Shown: positions 28,100 through 36,290 of the stretch, piece by piece
Numbering within the stretch: the first letter of the stretch is position 1
Layout of the letters: every line of letters begins with the position of its first letter
Virus record (IMG/VR): IMGVR_UViG_3300049137_000055
Coordinates: 1 to 54,331 of that record
DNA: 54,331 nucleotides
Direction: 5' to 3' (one strand)
Origin: a virus
Taxonomy: Duplodnaviria > Caudoviricetes
The notes under the pieces: generated by a model
What the model was told of the DNA's origin: nothing
What the model saw: the letters and a program-made list of their open reading frames with translations, nothing else
The model's database searches: none
Translations under genes and position numbers: made by a program

Positions 28100-29283
28100 C
28101 ACTGACCGCCTGACTGTTCGGCGTACTTCGCCGCGTCGCGAAGGCGCTTGAATTCGTCGCGATAGATCTTCGCGGCGGCGTCGTTCGCCTTCAGGTCCGC
28201 CGGGACAAGCGCGGCCTTCCCGGCTGCGAAGTCCGCCTTGGCGCGGGCTTTGATGGACGCTTCATCGACGCTAGACGACGCTTCATTGGTCGTTGACGGC
28301 TGTTCATTGGCCGTTGAATCGTCGTCAAGGCGCGTTGAAGCGCCTTCATCGACGCCAGAACCGCCGTCTGGCCGCGCGTCGTCGCCGCTGGCGGCGTTGA
28401 AGTCCTGGCCAGTGTCTTCGTCGCCGCCGGACGCCGGATCGCCGCCAGCGGTCAAATTTTCAAGCTGTTTGAATTCGCCCGTCTCCGGGTCGTGGGGGAT
28501 TTGGTCCGCCGCCTTGGCGAAGGCGTCGAGCGCGGCGGAGGTCCCGCGACCGCCAACGGCCTTCGTTTCGGCTGACCGCTCTTCGCGCTGTTCGTTGAAG
28601 TCATACAGGTCATCGTCCCGGCGGACCAAGTCGTCCAGGTCCGCAGAGGTCGGAAGCTGTTTGGCGTGGCGCTTGACAACCGTCTTCTTCGCCATCTCCG
28701 GGAAGAACGTTGGGTCCGACCAAGGACCGTTCGCGGACTTGGACTTCGCCTGGATCTTCTTGACGTCGTTCAGGTCCATGACGTCGAAGGACGGACGGTC
28801 GGCGGGCGCGCCCTTCAGCCATGCGATGGAGTAAACGCCGACCATCTTTCCACGGTCGACTCCCAACTTCGGCGGCTTGTGCTTCAGGAACGGGTCCGAC
28901 CCGAATTCATAGTCAAATTCGTCGTTTTCATAGACGGCTTGTGCGATCCAATCCAGGATTTCGCCGGAGTTGCGGGCGCGCTTGCGGATACCCTGGACCA
29001 TGGGAATCCATTGGACCTGTCCCTTATAGGGGACCATTGCGCCTTCGCGGCCATCGGGGAGAAGGCCGTCTTGAGCGGATTGCATGGCCGCATTCCAGAA
29101 CGACCGGCGGTCCATGTTGGCAAGATCCGGCGTCTTGTTCAGCGCCGTCAGCAGGACGCGCTTGAAGCGCTCCGGCGGGATATGGGTCGGAAGGGCCGGC
29201 GTGAACTGTGCCAATGTGGCGGGCGTGTTGATTTCGCTTCGGAGGGCGACAAGCGCTTGTTGTGATGCGGGGACGTTCGCCAT
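28099..29283 (-). CDS. recT: RecT-family single-strand annealing protein
   Basis: ALPTHI..ERF, AQDGL.PDG, AVYENDEF...G, GPW...F.EMAKKTV.KR..K.LP; acidic tail. Confidence 0.93.
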   Translation of the reverse strand: MANVPASQQALVALRSEINTPATLAQFTPALPTHIPPERFKRVLLTALNKTPDLANMDRRSFWNAAMQSAQDGLLPDGREGAMVPYKGQVQWIPMVQGIRKRARNSGEILDWIAQAVYENDEFDYEFGSDPFLKHKPPKLGVDRGKMVGVYSIAWLKGAPADRPSFDVMDLNDVKKIQAKSKSANGPWSDPTFFPEMAKKTVVKRHAKQLPTSADLDDLVRRDDDLYDFNEQREERSAETKAVGGRGTSAALDAFAKAADQIPHDPETGEFKQLENLTAGGDPASGGDEDTGQDFNAASGDDARPDGGSGVDEGASTRLDDDSTANEQPSTTNEASSSVDEASIKARAKADFAAGKAALVPADLKANDAAAKIYRDEFKRLRDAAKYAEQSGGQ

Positions 29284-29285
29284 GA

Positions 29286-30230
29286 CTATGCTTCCTCTGT
29301 TTCGCTGGCGGTTGCTTTGGCCTTCTTCTTCGTGACCCGCAGGACGCGGAACGATGAAGCGGCGACGGTCACTTCCTTTCGGGACTGTTCCTTCCAGGAA
29401 ATGTTGAAGTCTGGATGGATGGCGACGTCCGCGCCTTTCAAGGCGTCAATCAGCTCCGCCTTCAGGACGTCCAGCGCGCCTTCGCAGTTGCGGCGGCGCT
29501 CCGCCCATTCCAGGTATTGTTGCGCCAGTTCTCCGGCGCGGTTGTGCGTGGTCAGGTCAATCTTATCCAGCTTCACGTTGCGCCAGCGGGCTTCGATAAT
29601 GTCCAGGTCCAGGTTGTAGGACGGTTCTGGCCAGTCGTTGGCTTCGAACTTGGTCCAGAAGTCCGCCGCCAGTTCGCGGATGCGCGCTTCGGCTCCGGCG
29701 TGGCGCTCCAGTTCGATGATGACCGGGCGGTCGGCGTTGTCGGACATGCGAACAAGCGCCGCCACGACCGCGAAGTCCGCGTCTGCCAACATGGCGTTGG
29801 TCAGCGCCTGGAGGACATAGCGAAGCGGCGGCTGGTCTTCCGTCCACTGGCTGTCAAAGACGTTGCGCGTGACGGACTTGCATTCGAGAATCCCGCGCTT
29901 CCCGTTCGGCTTAATGACGAAGCCGTCCGGCGTGGAGCCTAGGCGGAGCTCCGGCGCGCGAAGATAGACCTTGGCGCGCGAGGTCTTCCAGTCTGGCCGC
30001 TCTTCCTGGAGCATTTCCACGATAGCGGCTTCGTGCCAGCGCCCGCGCTTCATCGCGTCGGAATCCATCGCGGGCTTGTGGCCGGCCTTGTCGGCATAGA
30101 CCGCGAACGGTCCGGCGTAGGGGTTCGCGCCAGCCAGCGTTCCAATGTCGGTCGCCGTCACGTCCTGGCGGCGCAAGGCCAGCCAGCTTTCGCGGTCTGT
30201 GATTTCGTGCGTTTCAACATTCAACTTCAT
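29286..30230 (-). CDS. YqaJ-like viral recombinase exonuclease
   Basis: WL..RR..VTATD, RGR.HE, STPDG, ILECKS, Y..Q; upstream of recT. Confidence 0.92.
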   Translation of the reverse strand: MKLNVETHEITDRESWLALRRQDVTATDIGTLAGANPYAGPFAVYADKAGHKPAMDSDAMKRGRWHEAAIVEMLQEERPDWKTSRAKVYLRAPELRLGSTPDGFVIKPNGKRGILECKSVTRNVFDSQWTEDQPPLRYVLQALTNAMLADADFAVVAALVRMSDNADRPVIIELERHAGAEARIRELAADFWTKFEANDWPEPSYNLDLDIIEARWRNVKLDKIDLTTHNRAGELAQQYLEWAERRRNCEGALDVLKAELIDALKGADVAIHPDFNISWKEQSRKEVTVAASSFRVLRVTKKKAKATASETEEA

Positions 30231-30239
30231 TCGAGCCTT
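30230..30239 (-). promoter_or_regulatory. AAGGCTCGAA start-associated motif
   Basis: GGAAGGCTCGA-ATG(30230). Confidence 0.8.
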
Positions 30240-30294
30240 CCTTAATGGCAAAAGGGGCCGGACGAACGTCCGACCCGCTGGATTTAACGACCGT

Positions 30295-30495
30295 TTAGGC
30301 GGGGACTTGGCGCGACGTTGCCTTGACGTCTACCTTCGTTTCGAGTCCGCCAAGCGGATCTAGGTCGCCGGTCTGGACCTTCTCCAGCGCCGCCAGCGTC
30401 GCGGCGTCTTCCTTCAGATTGCCGGTCAGGGGGACGAAGGTTTCCGTCTTCACGACATAGCCTTGTTGCCGCTTGGTCTTGGTTGCTTCCGACAT
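30295..30495 (-). CDS. Hypothetical protein
   Basis: 66 aa, RBS AAGGA. Confidence 0.65.
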   Translation of the reverse strand: MSEATKTKRQQGYVVKTETFVPLTGNLKEDAATLAALEKVQTGDLDPLGGLETKVDVKATSRQVPA

Positions 30496-30573
30496 GGGAC
30501 AGCTTCCTTTTGTTGTGATGGTTGCGCCGGGAGTAACCGCCAGCCGGGGCGCGGATCGGCTGGCGGGAAGGGA

Positions 30574-31233
30574 TCACCCGAAGAAGGTGAGCGGCGCGAA
30601 GCCGAAGGGCATGATGACCTGTAAGACGTGATGATGAACGCCGTCCATTTTCAGGAACATCCCGGACGACGCCGTCCCGGCGCATGTGATTAGGAGAAGA
30701 TTCAAAAGCTTTCCCTTATTACTCCAGCCGTAGCAGGGACGTTCAAGCTTCCCGAAGGGGCGGGACCGAAGGACGAAACTGGTCGATTCGTTGCCCGCTT
30801 CGTTGGCCGGTTCGTTGACCGGCTTCGGCATGTCGCCGCGCGCGTTCTTCGCCGCCGCTTCCTGAACCTGGACGCGGAGCATTTCGGCGAAGAAGCCATA
30901 GAAGGCGACGGCGCTGGCGTCATTCGAGACAGGCGGCGTCGTCATGCGGCGGCGGAATTCGTCCGCCAGCGACAGCGCGTCTTCCGGCTCCAGCGAAAAC
31001 GTCGCCAACTCGTCAACAACCATCAGCGAAATCGACGGATACCAGGCACCGTCCAAAAGGTCGCTTCCATACACAACGCCAGCGTTCCGCCCGTCGTCCA
31101 GACCGAACATGCGGAGGTCGAAGGACGCCATGAACCACAGATCGGCGAACGACGCGGCGTCGAAGTTCTCCGGGTCAACGTGCTGCACCTGTCCATAAAA
31201 AGCATCGGCTTGAAGATTTGACCGGCTGGTCAT
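30574..31233 (-). CDS. Hypothetical protein (start uncertain)
   Basis: Long ORF in leftward operon. Confidence 0.55.
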   Translation of the reverse strand: MTSRSNLQADAFYGQVQHVDPENFDAASFADLWFMASFDLRMFGLDDGRNAGVVYGSDLLDGAWYPSISLMVVDELATFSLEPEDALSLADEFRRRMTTPPVSNDASAVAFYGFFAEMLRVQVQEAAAKNARGDMPKPVNEPANEAGNESTSFVLRSRPFGKLERPCYGWSNKGKLLNLLLITCAGTASSGMFLKMDGVHHHVLQVIMPFGFAPLTFFG

Positions 31234-31237
31234 GGCG

Positions 31238-31522
31238 TCATCTTTCAAAAAGGGTTTTGTTTTTGAATCGCCCTTGGGCGATCAGGATTCCGTCTAGGTG
31301 TTGGCGACGCTTTGTCCATTCGGTTTTGACGTCGCTTAACACTTCGTTAACTTGTGTTATTGTCCAGCCACGCGACAGCATATCGCGGACCGCCAAACCT
31401 TCGTCCTTCGTCGGATTGATCTTCGCGAGAATCAGACTAGCCGCCATCGCTTCGACGCGACGGCGCTTGGCCTTTTCGACGCTTCCATGGATCGCGACCA
31501 ATTCAGGACTGAAGGTCGTCAT
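31238..31522 (-). CDS. Hypothetical protein
   Basis: ATGA-coupled in leftward operon. Confidence 0.6.
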   Translation of the reverse strand: MTTFSPELVAIHGSVEKAKRRRVEAMAASLILAKINPTKDEGLAVRDMLSRGWTITQVNEVLSDVKTEWTKRRQHLDGILIAQGRFKNKTLFER

Positions 31523-32187
31523 TCGGTCGTCCGGGCTTGGCGGACGCGCCGTGACTTACGGCTAGCCGTTACCTGTTCCGCTTCGCCCGTAAAATCGGAC
31601 TCTTCGTCACGTTTCTTTGACTCGTTATCGCCGTTTGTGGACTCTTCAATGAAATTTCCGGACTCTTCGTCGCGGTCTTCCGGCTGTTCATCTGACACGA
31701 TTTCCCGGACTTGGACCCGTTCCGCCAGCTCGCCGGACTCCAGCATGACGTCCACGACACCTTTCAAGGCGTCATGTTCTTCGATGACCAAGCCGCGACG
31801 ACCGTCCGTCAGGACGACCGCCTGATGGAGAAGGGTCCCCTTGGCGGCTTCCAGGACGTCGGGGGACACGGTCACGCCATCCAGGTCCAGCGACACGCGT
31901 TTAAACTCTTCGTCGCTGGAGCTGGCCGGCACGTCTGGGGCATAGTCGGGGAGGGTCGCCGCCTGACAAGCGGCCATGACTTCTTCCACGCCGCCGTCCG
32001 CTATGACAATAAGGGGGTTGGATAGGTGGACGGGCTGGCCGTCATAGGGCTGGCCGGCTTCAGCCGGATCTTTCCAGGCTAAGACGCCATGCCATTCGTT
32101 CGAACGAAGCCCGGCACGGCCACGGACCGGGCGAAGGCTGGCGGATAGGATCACGACCGGGCGGCGGTCCGGCGTCATAACGGTCAT
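31519..32187 (-). CDS. Hypothetical protein with acidic C-terminus
   Basis: ATGA-coupled; RBS AAGGA. Confidence 0.65.
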   Translation of the reverse strand: MTVMTPDRRPVVILSASLRPVRGRAGLRSNEWHGVLAWKDPAEAGQPYDGQPVHLSNPLIVIADGGVEEVMAACQAATLPDYAPDVPASSSDEEFKRVSLDLDGVTVSPDVLEAAKGTLLHQAVVLTDGRRGLVIEEHDALKGVVDVMLESGELAERVQVREIVSDEQPEDRDEESGNFIEESTNGDNESKKRDEESDFTGEAEQVTASRKSRRVRQARTTE

Positions 32188-32489
32188 TGGGCGATTCCTT
32201 CTATTGTTACACCGTGATAAAAGACCTGCGATTCTGAATAGAGGCCGAATTTTGGCAGGCCAGACGCCGCCTTTCGGCGGTTAAAGATTTGGGCCGTCTC
32301 TATGAGCTGGCAGCATTCCGCCGCGCGCGTGACGCGGATCTTCAGGGACAGGGCGTTTCCGTCACCATCGGCGAAGGGATTCCGGCCATGTTCGTCGGTC
32401 AGGACGACCTTGCGGCCAAGCGCGTCCTGGAAGAACACTTCAAAGATTGAGGTCATGCGACCCTTCGGGGCGGTTTGCCATCCAGCCAT
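32184..32489 (-). CDS. Hypothetical protein
   Basis: Coupled to downstream ORF. Confidence 0.6.
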   Translation of the reverse strand: MAGWQTAPKGRMTSIFEVFFQDALGRKVVLTDEHGRNPFADGDGNALSLKIRVTRAAECCQLIETAQIFNRRKAASGLPKFGLYSESQVFYHGVTIEGIAQ

Positions 32490-32558
32490 TGGTTAGAGCC
32501 CTTGAGATAAGTTAAACGGCGCTTCATCAGCGCCGCGCGTCGATTGTTGGTCGTTCAG

Positions 32559-32954
32559 TCACGCCGCAAGGGCAGTAACGACGTTCAAAAGGGGAATGAC
32601 GGACGGTTCAGGCAAGTCGAAGCCCGCTTTCAGCGCGGCGGCGGCGCTGTCGTACATCGGCGCGCCGGGAAGGGCGTTGTCCGTCCGCCACGTTCCCCAT
32701 TTGCCGCCGACCTGATACAGCGCGCCAAGGCAATGTTCCTTGTCGTCCCATGCGACCAACAGGCGGAAATATTGACTTCCCTCGATTACGCCGGGACGGG
32801 CGTCCAGCCGATAGCGGCTGGCCATATTGATCGCACCCCACAACATTTTCGCCTTGAACCTCTTGACGGCTTCGGCGGCGTTTCGCTGGTCATGCTCTTG
32901 CCGGCTGACCGGGCGCGCCGCCTTTTGTAACATGAAGGGAATCGCGCTGGCCAT
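32559..32954 (-). CDS. Hypothetical protein, first gene of leftward arm (not CI-like)
   Basis: 3' part of track ORF 32559-33503; start MASAIP inferred. Confidence 0.55.
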   Translation of the reverse strand: MASAIPFMLQKAARPVSRQEHDQRNAAEAVKRFKAKMLWGAINMASRYRLDARPGVIEGSQYFRLLVAWDDKEHCLGALYQVGGKWGTWRTDNALPGAPMYDSAAAALKAGFDLPEPSVIPLLNVVTALAA

Positions 32955-33049
32955 CGCCCGTCCAGCGTGGGCATTTCCTAAGCTTGACACCGTCGCCAGC
33001 TCCGCTTCCAACCAACGCACCATGCGCCGGAGTGGGTAAACCTTACGCG

Positions 33050-33090
33050 TTGACATTTCATCTTGCAAGAGGCAACTTGCGACTTGCAAC
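33050..33090. promoter_or_regulatory. Divergent promoter/operator region with CTTGCAA repeats
   Basis: TTGACA at 33050; palindrome TCTTGCAAGA 33061-33070; GCAACTTGCGACTTGCAA 33072-33089 nearly identical to 38412-38429. Confidence 0.7.
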
Positions 33091-33134
33091 GAACTTTCTG
33101 ACCGTCCACCTGGACCAACCGCCACGAAAGAGCC

Positions 33135-33407
33135 ATGACCGAAATTGCAAAGCCGTCCGACTTTAAAGACTTGATTGGACATTTCCCCGGCAAAGAGCTG
33201 AACGCCGCGCTGGATCTTCCCGAAGACAGCAATCAGGCCAGCGTCATCCGAAGCCGGGTCATGAACGCGGACGGGGCTATCCCGCCGACGTATTGGATTT
33301 CGCTTGTCGAGACGTGCAAGGAGCGCGGAATCCCGTTGGACTACCCGGACCTTTGCAACATGTGGACTGAACGCGAGGCCGCGAAACGGCTGGCGCGCGG
33401 GTCCTGA
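33135..33407 (+). CDS. Cro-like HTH transcriptional regulator
   Basis: 90 aa, first gene of rightward arm; IPP.YW..LV......GI.L...DL pattern. Confidence 0.7.
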   Translation: MTEIAKPSDFKDLIGHFPGKELNAALDLPEDSNQASVIRSRVMNADGAIPPTYWISLVETCKERGIPLDYPDLCNMWTEREAAKRLARGS

Positions 33408-33508
33408 CGCCTTCCCGGTTCGCCGGGTTTCACGCGGGCGGTTGGCTCGAAAAAGTCCCGCGTCTTTCCAGCCGCCCGTCCCTTCATCAGCGGGACGGAA
33501 CAAGTCAA

Positions 33509-34459
33509 ATGACCAAGACCGAAAAAGAAACGAAGCGCGTCCTGAAGTCCGAACCGCCGTCCGTGGAACAGCGGGAACTGAAGCTGGCGACCGATACCCT
33601 AATGGGCGACATCGCCGAAGCCATCCTGACGCTGGTCCGCCAGCGCAACGAACCCTGGAACAAGCTCCAGCAACATCAGCAACAGGTCTGGATTGATAAG
33701 GCGCGCGACCTTGCGTCCGGGCTGGTCAAGCGGTCGGCGGCTCTTGTTGGCCAGTCCGGCTTCACGATGGTTCCCGGCAAGGTCGGGAAGGTCGCCTTTG
33801 GCGAGGGCAAGTTGCAGGCGGTCTTCAAGGCCATCGACAGCACGGAAAACATTGACGCGCTGGCCAAGGGCGGCGGCGGCGACGTTCTGTTGGTCTTCAC
33901 GGATGCGTCCCGCTTCATGAACGTCCGGAAGACCACGCTGGCGGACCTGGATCAAACGCCGCTTCCGTTCGAAATGGAAAACACCTTCGCGGGTCTTCCC
34001 ATCATCGACGGCAAGGACGCCAAGGCCATCGCGGGACAGTGGGCGGACTGGCTGGACGGCTATTCGAAGGCGCTGGCGTCCTTCACGGACTTGGCGCACC
34101 TGGAGGAACAGGCGCTTGGCATGGTCCCGTTCGTCAAGGGAGCTCCGGCCAACATCCGGACCGGCTTCCTGGCCGGCCTGAACAACCGGCGGCGGGATCT
34201 TGGCGCGTCTGACCCGCTGTCGATTGCTTGGGACGGCGTCGAGCAACAGGCGCAAGGCGAAACGCCGAAGGCCGGGTCCGTTTGGGACTTGGTCCAGGGC
34301 GGCAAGCCGGAAGACGCCGCGCCAGCTCCGGACGGGGAGGGCGGCGACGCTGACGGGTCTTCGCTTGTCCAGACGGCGGATGAACAGTCGTCTAGTGACG
34401 ATGAAGGGTCGAAGAAGTCCCGTAAACGGACAAACAAGGACGCTGAAGCGTCCGCCTGA
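33509..34459 (+). CDS. Hypothetical phage protein
   Basis: 316 aa; TL.GD...PW.KL....Q...I N-terminal pattern. Confidence 0.75.
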   Translation: MTKTEKETKRVLKSEPPSVEQRELKLATDTLMGDIAEAILTLVRQRNEPWNKLQQHQQQVWIDKARDLASGLVKRSAALVGQSGFTMVPGKVGKVAFGEGKLQAVFKAIDSTENIDALAKGGGGDVLLVFTDASRFMNVRKTTLADLDQTPLPFEMENTFAGLPIIDGKDAKAIAGQWADWLDGYSKALASFTDLAHLEEQALGMVPFVKGAPANIRTGFLAGLNNRRRDLGASDPLSIAWDGVEQQAQGETPKAGSVWDLVQGGKPEDAAPAPDGEGGDADGSSLVQTADEQSSSDDEGSKKSRKRTNKDAEASA

Positions 34460-34471
34460 TCGCCGACCATG

Positions 34472-34506
34472 GCCGGGACGCCAAGCGCGTCCCGGCTCTT
34501 TCTTTT
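34472..34506 (+). terminator. Rho-independent terminator within rightward arm
   Basis: GCCGGGACGC/GCGTCCCGGC + TCTTTCTTTT. Confidence 0.8.
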
Positions 34507-34522
34507 GATCCATGGATTGCAA

Positions 34523-34972
34523 ATGACATTCCAAGTTTTGACCGACAACCCTGAACCCGTCGTCTTCCCGAAGGACCGGACCCGCGCGCTGGTCCAGGTC
34601 GTGATTGCGGAGCGCGCGCCAGCCGTGACCTTCGAACAGGTCATGAAGTTCCGCTGTCGTCATGCTCGGGTCGTCGCGGTCCGCGCGCTGGTCTGGCGCG
34701 TGATGAAATTCGAATGGGGATGGTCCTATCCCCGCATCGCGCAAATGTTCGGCTGTCATCACACGACCGTCCTTCATGGCATTCGCAAGTCGGATGCGGA
34801 CATTGAAGCCGGGCTGGTCTGTCTTCCGGACGGGCCGGCACGCACCCATGCGCCGCAGCCGCCGGCCTTCTCCGAAATGCGGCGCAAGTTGCGGCTGGAG
34901 CGGCGGCGCAACCGCCATGCTGTCCGGTTCCTGGACGTCCGCGCGGGACGGGAAGGGCGGACTGTTCAATGA
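34523..34972 (+). CDS. DnaA domain IV-like HTH protein
   Basis: R...V..R...W........SYPRIAQMFGCHHTTVLHGIRK resembles Bac_DnaA_C signature. Confidence 0.8.
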   Translation: MTFQVLTDNPEPVVFPKDRTRALVQVVIAERAPAVTFEQVMKFRCRHARVVAVRALVWRVMKFEWGWSYPRIAQMFGCHHTTVLHGIRKSDADIEAGLVCLPDGPARTHAPQPPAFSEMRRKLRLERRRNRHAVRFLDVRAGREGRTVQ

Positions 34973-35565
34973 AACAGCCGTCCAAGAAGACCGGAACCGG
35001 GACGCATTCCAAACAGGATCGCGGCGCGGACTTCTATGAAACGCCGGAGGTCGCCACGCTGGCGCTTCTGGAAAACCTGGACGTCCCGTTCCACGTTTGG
35101 GAACCCGCCGCCGGGCGCGGGGCCATGTCGCGGGTTCTGGAAAAGAATGGCCGGACCGTCCTGAAGACCGACCTTCACGCGCATGATGGAGCGGACGCGG
35201 GCATTCATGGCGGCGTTGACTTCCTGAAGGTCGCGCGCCTGACGGACCATTCCATCAGCGCCGTCGTGACCAATCCGCCGTTCATGTATGCGGCCGATTT
35301 CGTCCGGAAGACCCTGGACCTTGGAATCCAGGGCTTCTTCCTGTTGCCGCTGAACTTCCTGTCGGCGGACAACAGGTCGGACATTATGGACGACGGCGGT
35401 CCGCTGGCTGGCGTCTATCCGTTCAAGAACCGCCTTCCCATGATGCACCGCGACGGCTGGACCGGGAAGAAGGCCGGGTCCGCCATGAACTTCGCTTGGT
35501 ATCACTTCCGCAAGGGTCACAACGGCGTGACGCACTTGAAGCGCATCGCCTGGAGGAAATTCTAA
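34969..35565 (+). CDS. Amino (N6A/N4C) DNA methyltransferase, orphan
   Basis: DFYETP, WEPAAGRG (motif I), VTNPPF (motif IV). Confidence 0.85.
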   Translation: MKQPSKKTGTGTHSKQDRGADFYETPEVATLALLENLDVPFHVWEPAAGRGAMSRVLEKNGRTVLKTDLHAHDGADAGIHGGVDFLKVARLTDHSISAVVTNPPFMYAADFVRKTLDLGIQGFFLLPLNFLSADNRSDIMDDGGPLAGVYPFKNRLPMMHRDGWTGKKAGSAMNFAWYHFRKGHNGVTHLKRIAWRKF

Positions 35566-36200
35566 TGTCCATTCTTGTTATTGACGCCGCCACCGCAACG
35601 GGTTGGGCTTTCCGCGAAGCGTCAGGCGTCATCCGCCACGGCTCATTCGCCATTAAGCCGCCGTCCAGCGACCGCCACGCGGGCGAACGGTTCTTCCAAT
35701 TCCAAGCGCTGGTCGCCGACCTTGTGACCGAATTCGAGCCGCGCTTAGTCGTAGTGGAACAGCCGTTCGTCAACGTGAAGCGTCCAGGGTCCAACCGCCT
35801 TCCCGGAACGCTGGCGAACTTGGTCCAGTTCGTCGCCTATGTGCGGAATGTTCCCTGTGTCGAGGTCCCGAACAAGCTCTGGAAGGTCTTCGTCCACGGT
35901 CGCGGCGACGTCGGCAAGGAAGACACTGTCGCGCTGATGAAGGAACGCGGCTTCCCGGTCGGCGATGACGACAACCAGGCCGACGCGTTGGGCATCCTGG
36001 AATGGTCGGAAGTGTTCTTCGCGGCGGCGCTCGCCGGGAAGATCCCGGTCGCGTTCTGGCCGGAGTTCCCGGAATCGAAGGCGGCGGCAACCAAACGCCG
36101 GAAGAAGGAAAAAGCGAAGGCGGACAAGCCCGCGAAGGTTGCGAAACGCCGTCCGCGCCAGCGCTTGAACGTCAGTCAAGCCGCGCTGTTTGGTGAATGA
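35565..36200 (+). CDS. RuvC-like Holliday junction resolvase
   Basis: ILVIDAATATGWA, VVEQ, WK..V.G.G...K, DDNQADAL. Confidence 0.85.
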   Translation: MSILVIDAATATGWAFREASGVIRHGSFAIKPPSSDRHAGERFFQFQALVADLVTEFEPRLVVVEQPFVNVKRPGSNRLPGTLANLVQFVAYVRNVPCVEVPNKLWKVFVHGRGDVGKEDTVALMKERGFPVGDDDNQADALGILEWSEVFFAAALAGKIPVAFWPEFPESKAAATKRRKKEKAKADKPAKVAKRRPRQRLNVSQAALFGE

Positions 36201-36290
36201 CGGCGACTGTTAAGTCCGGGAATAACAATCAAGCGCGTTTGACGCGCGAAGGATGACAGTCAACGGTCATCCGGCCATAAGGTCAAAAGA

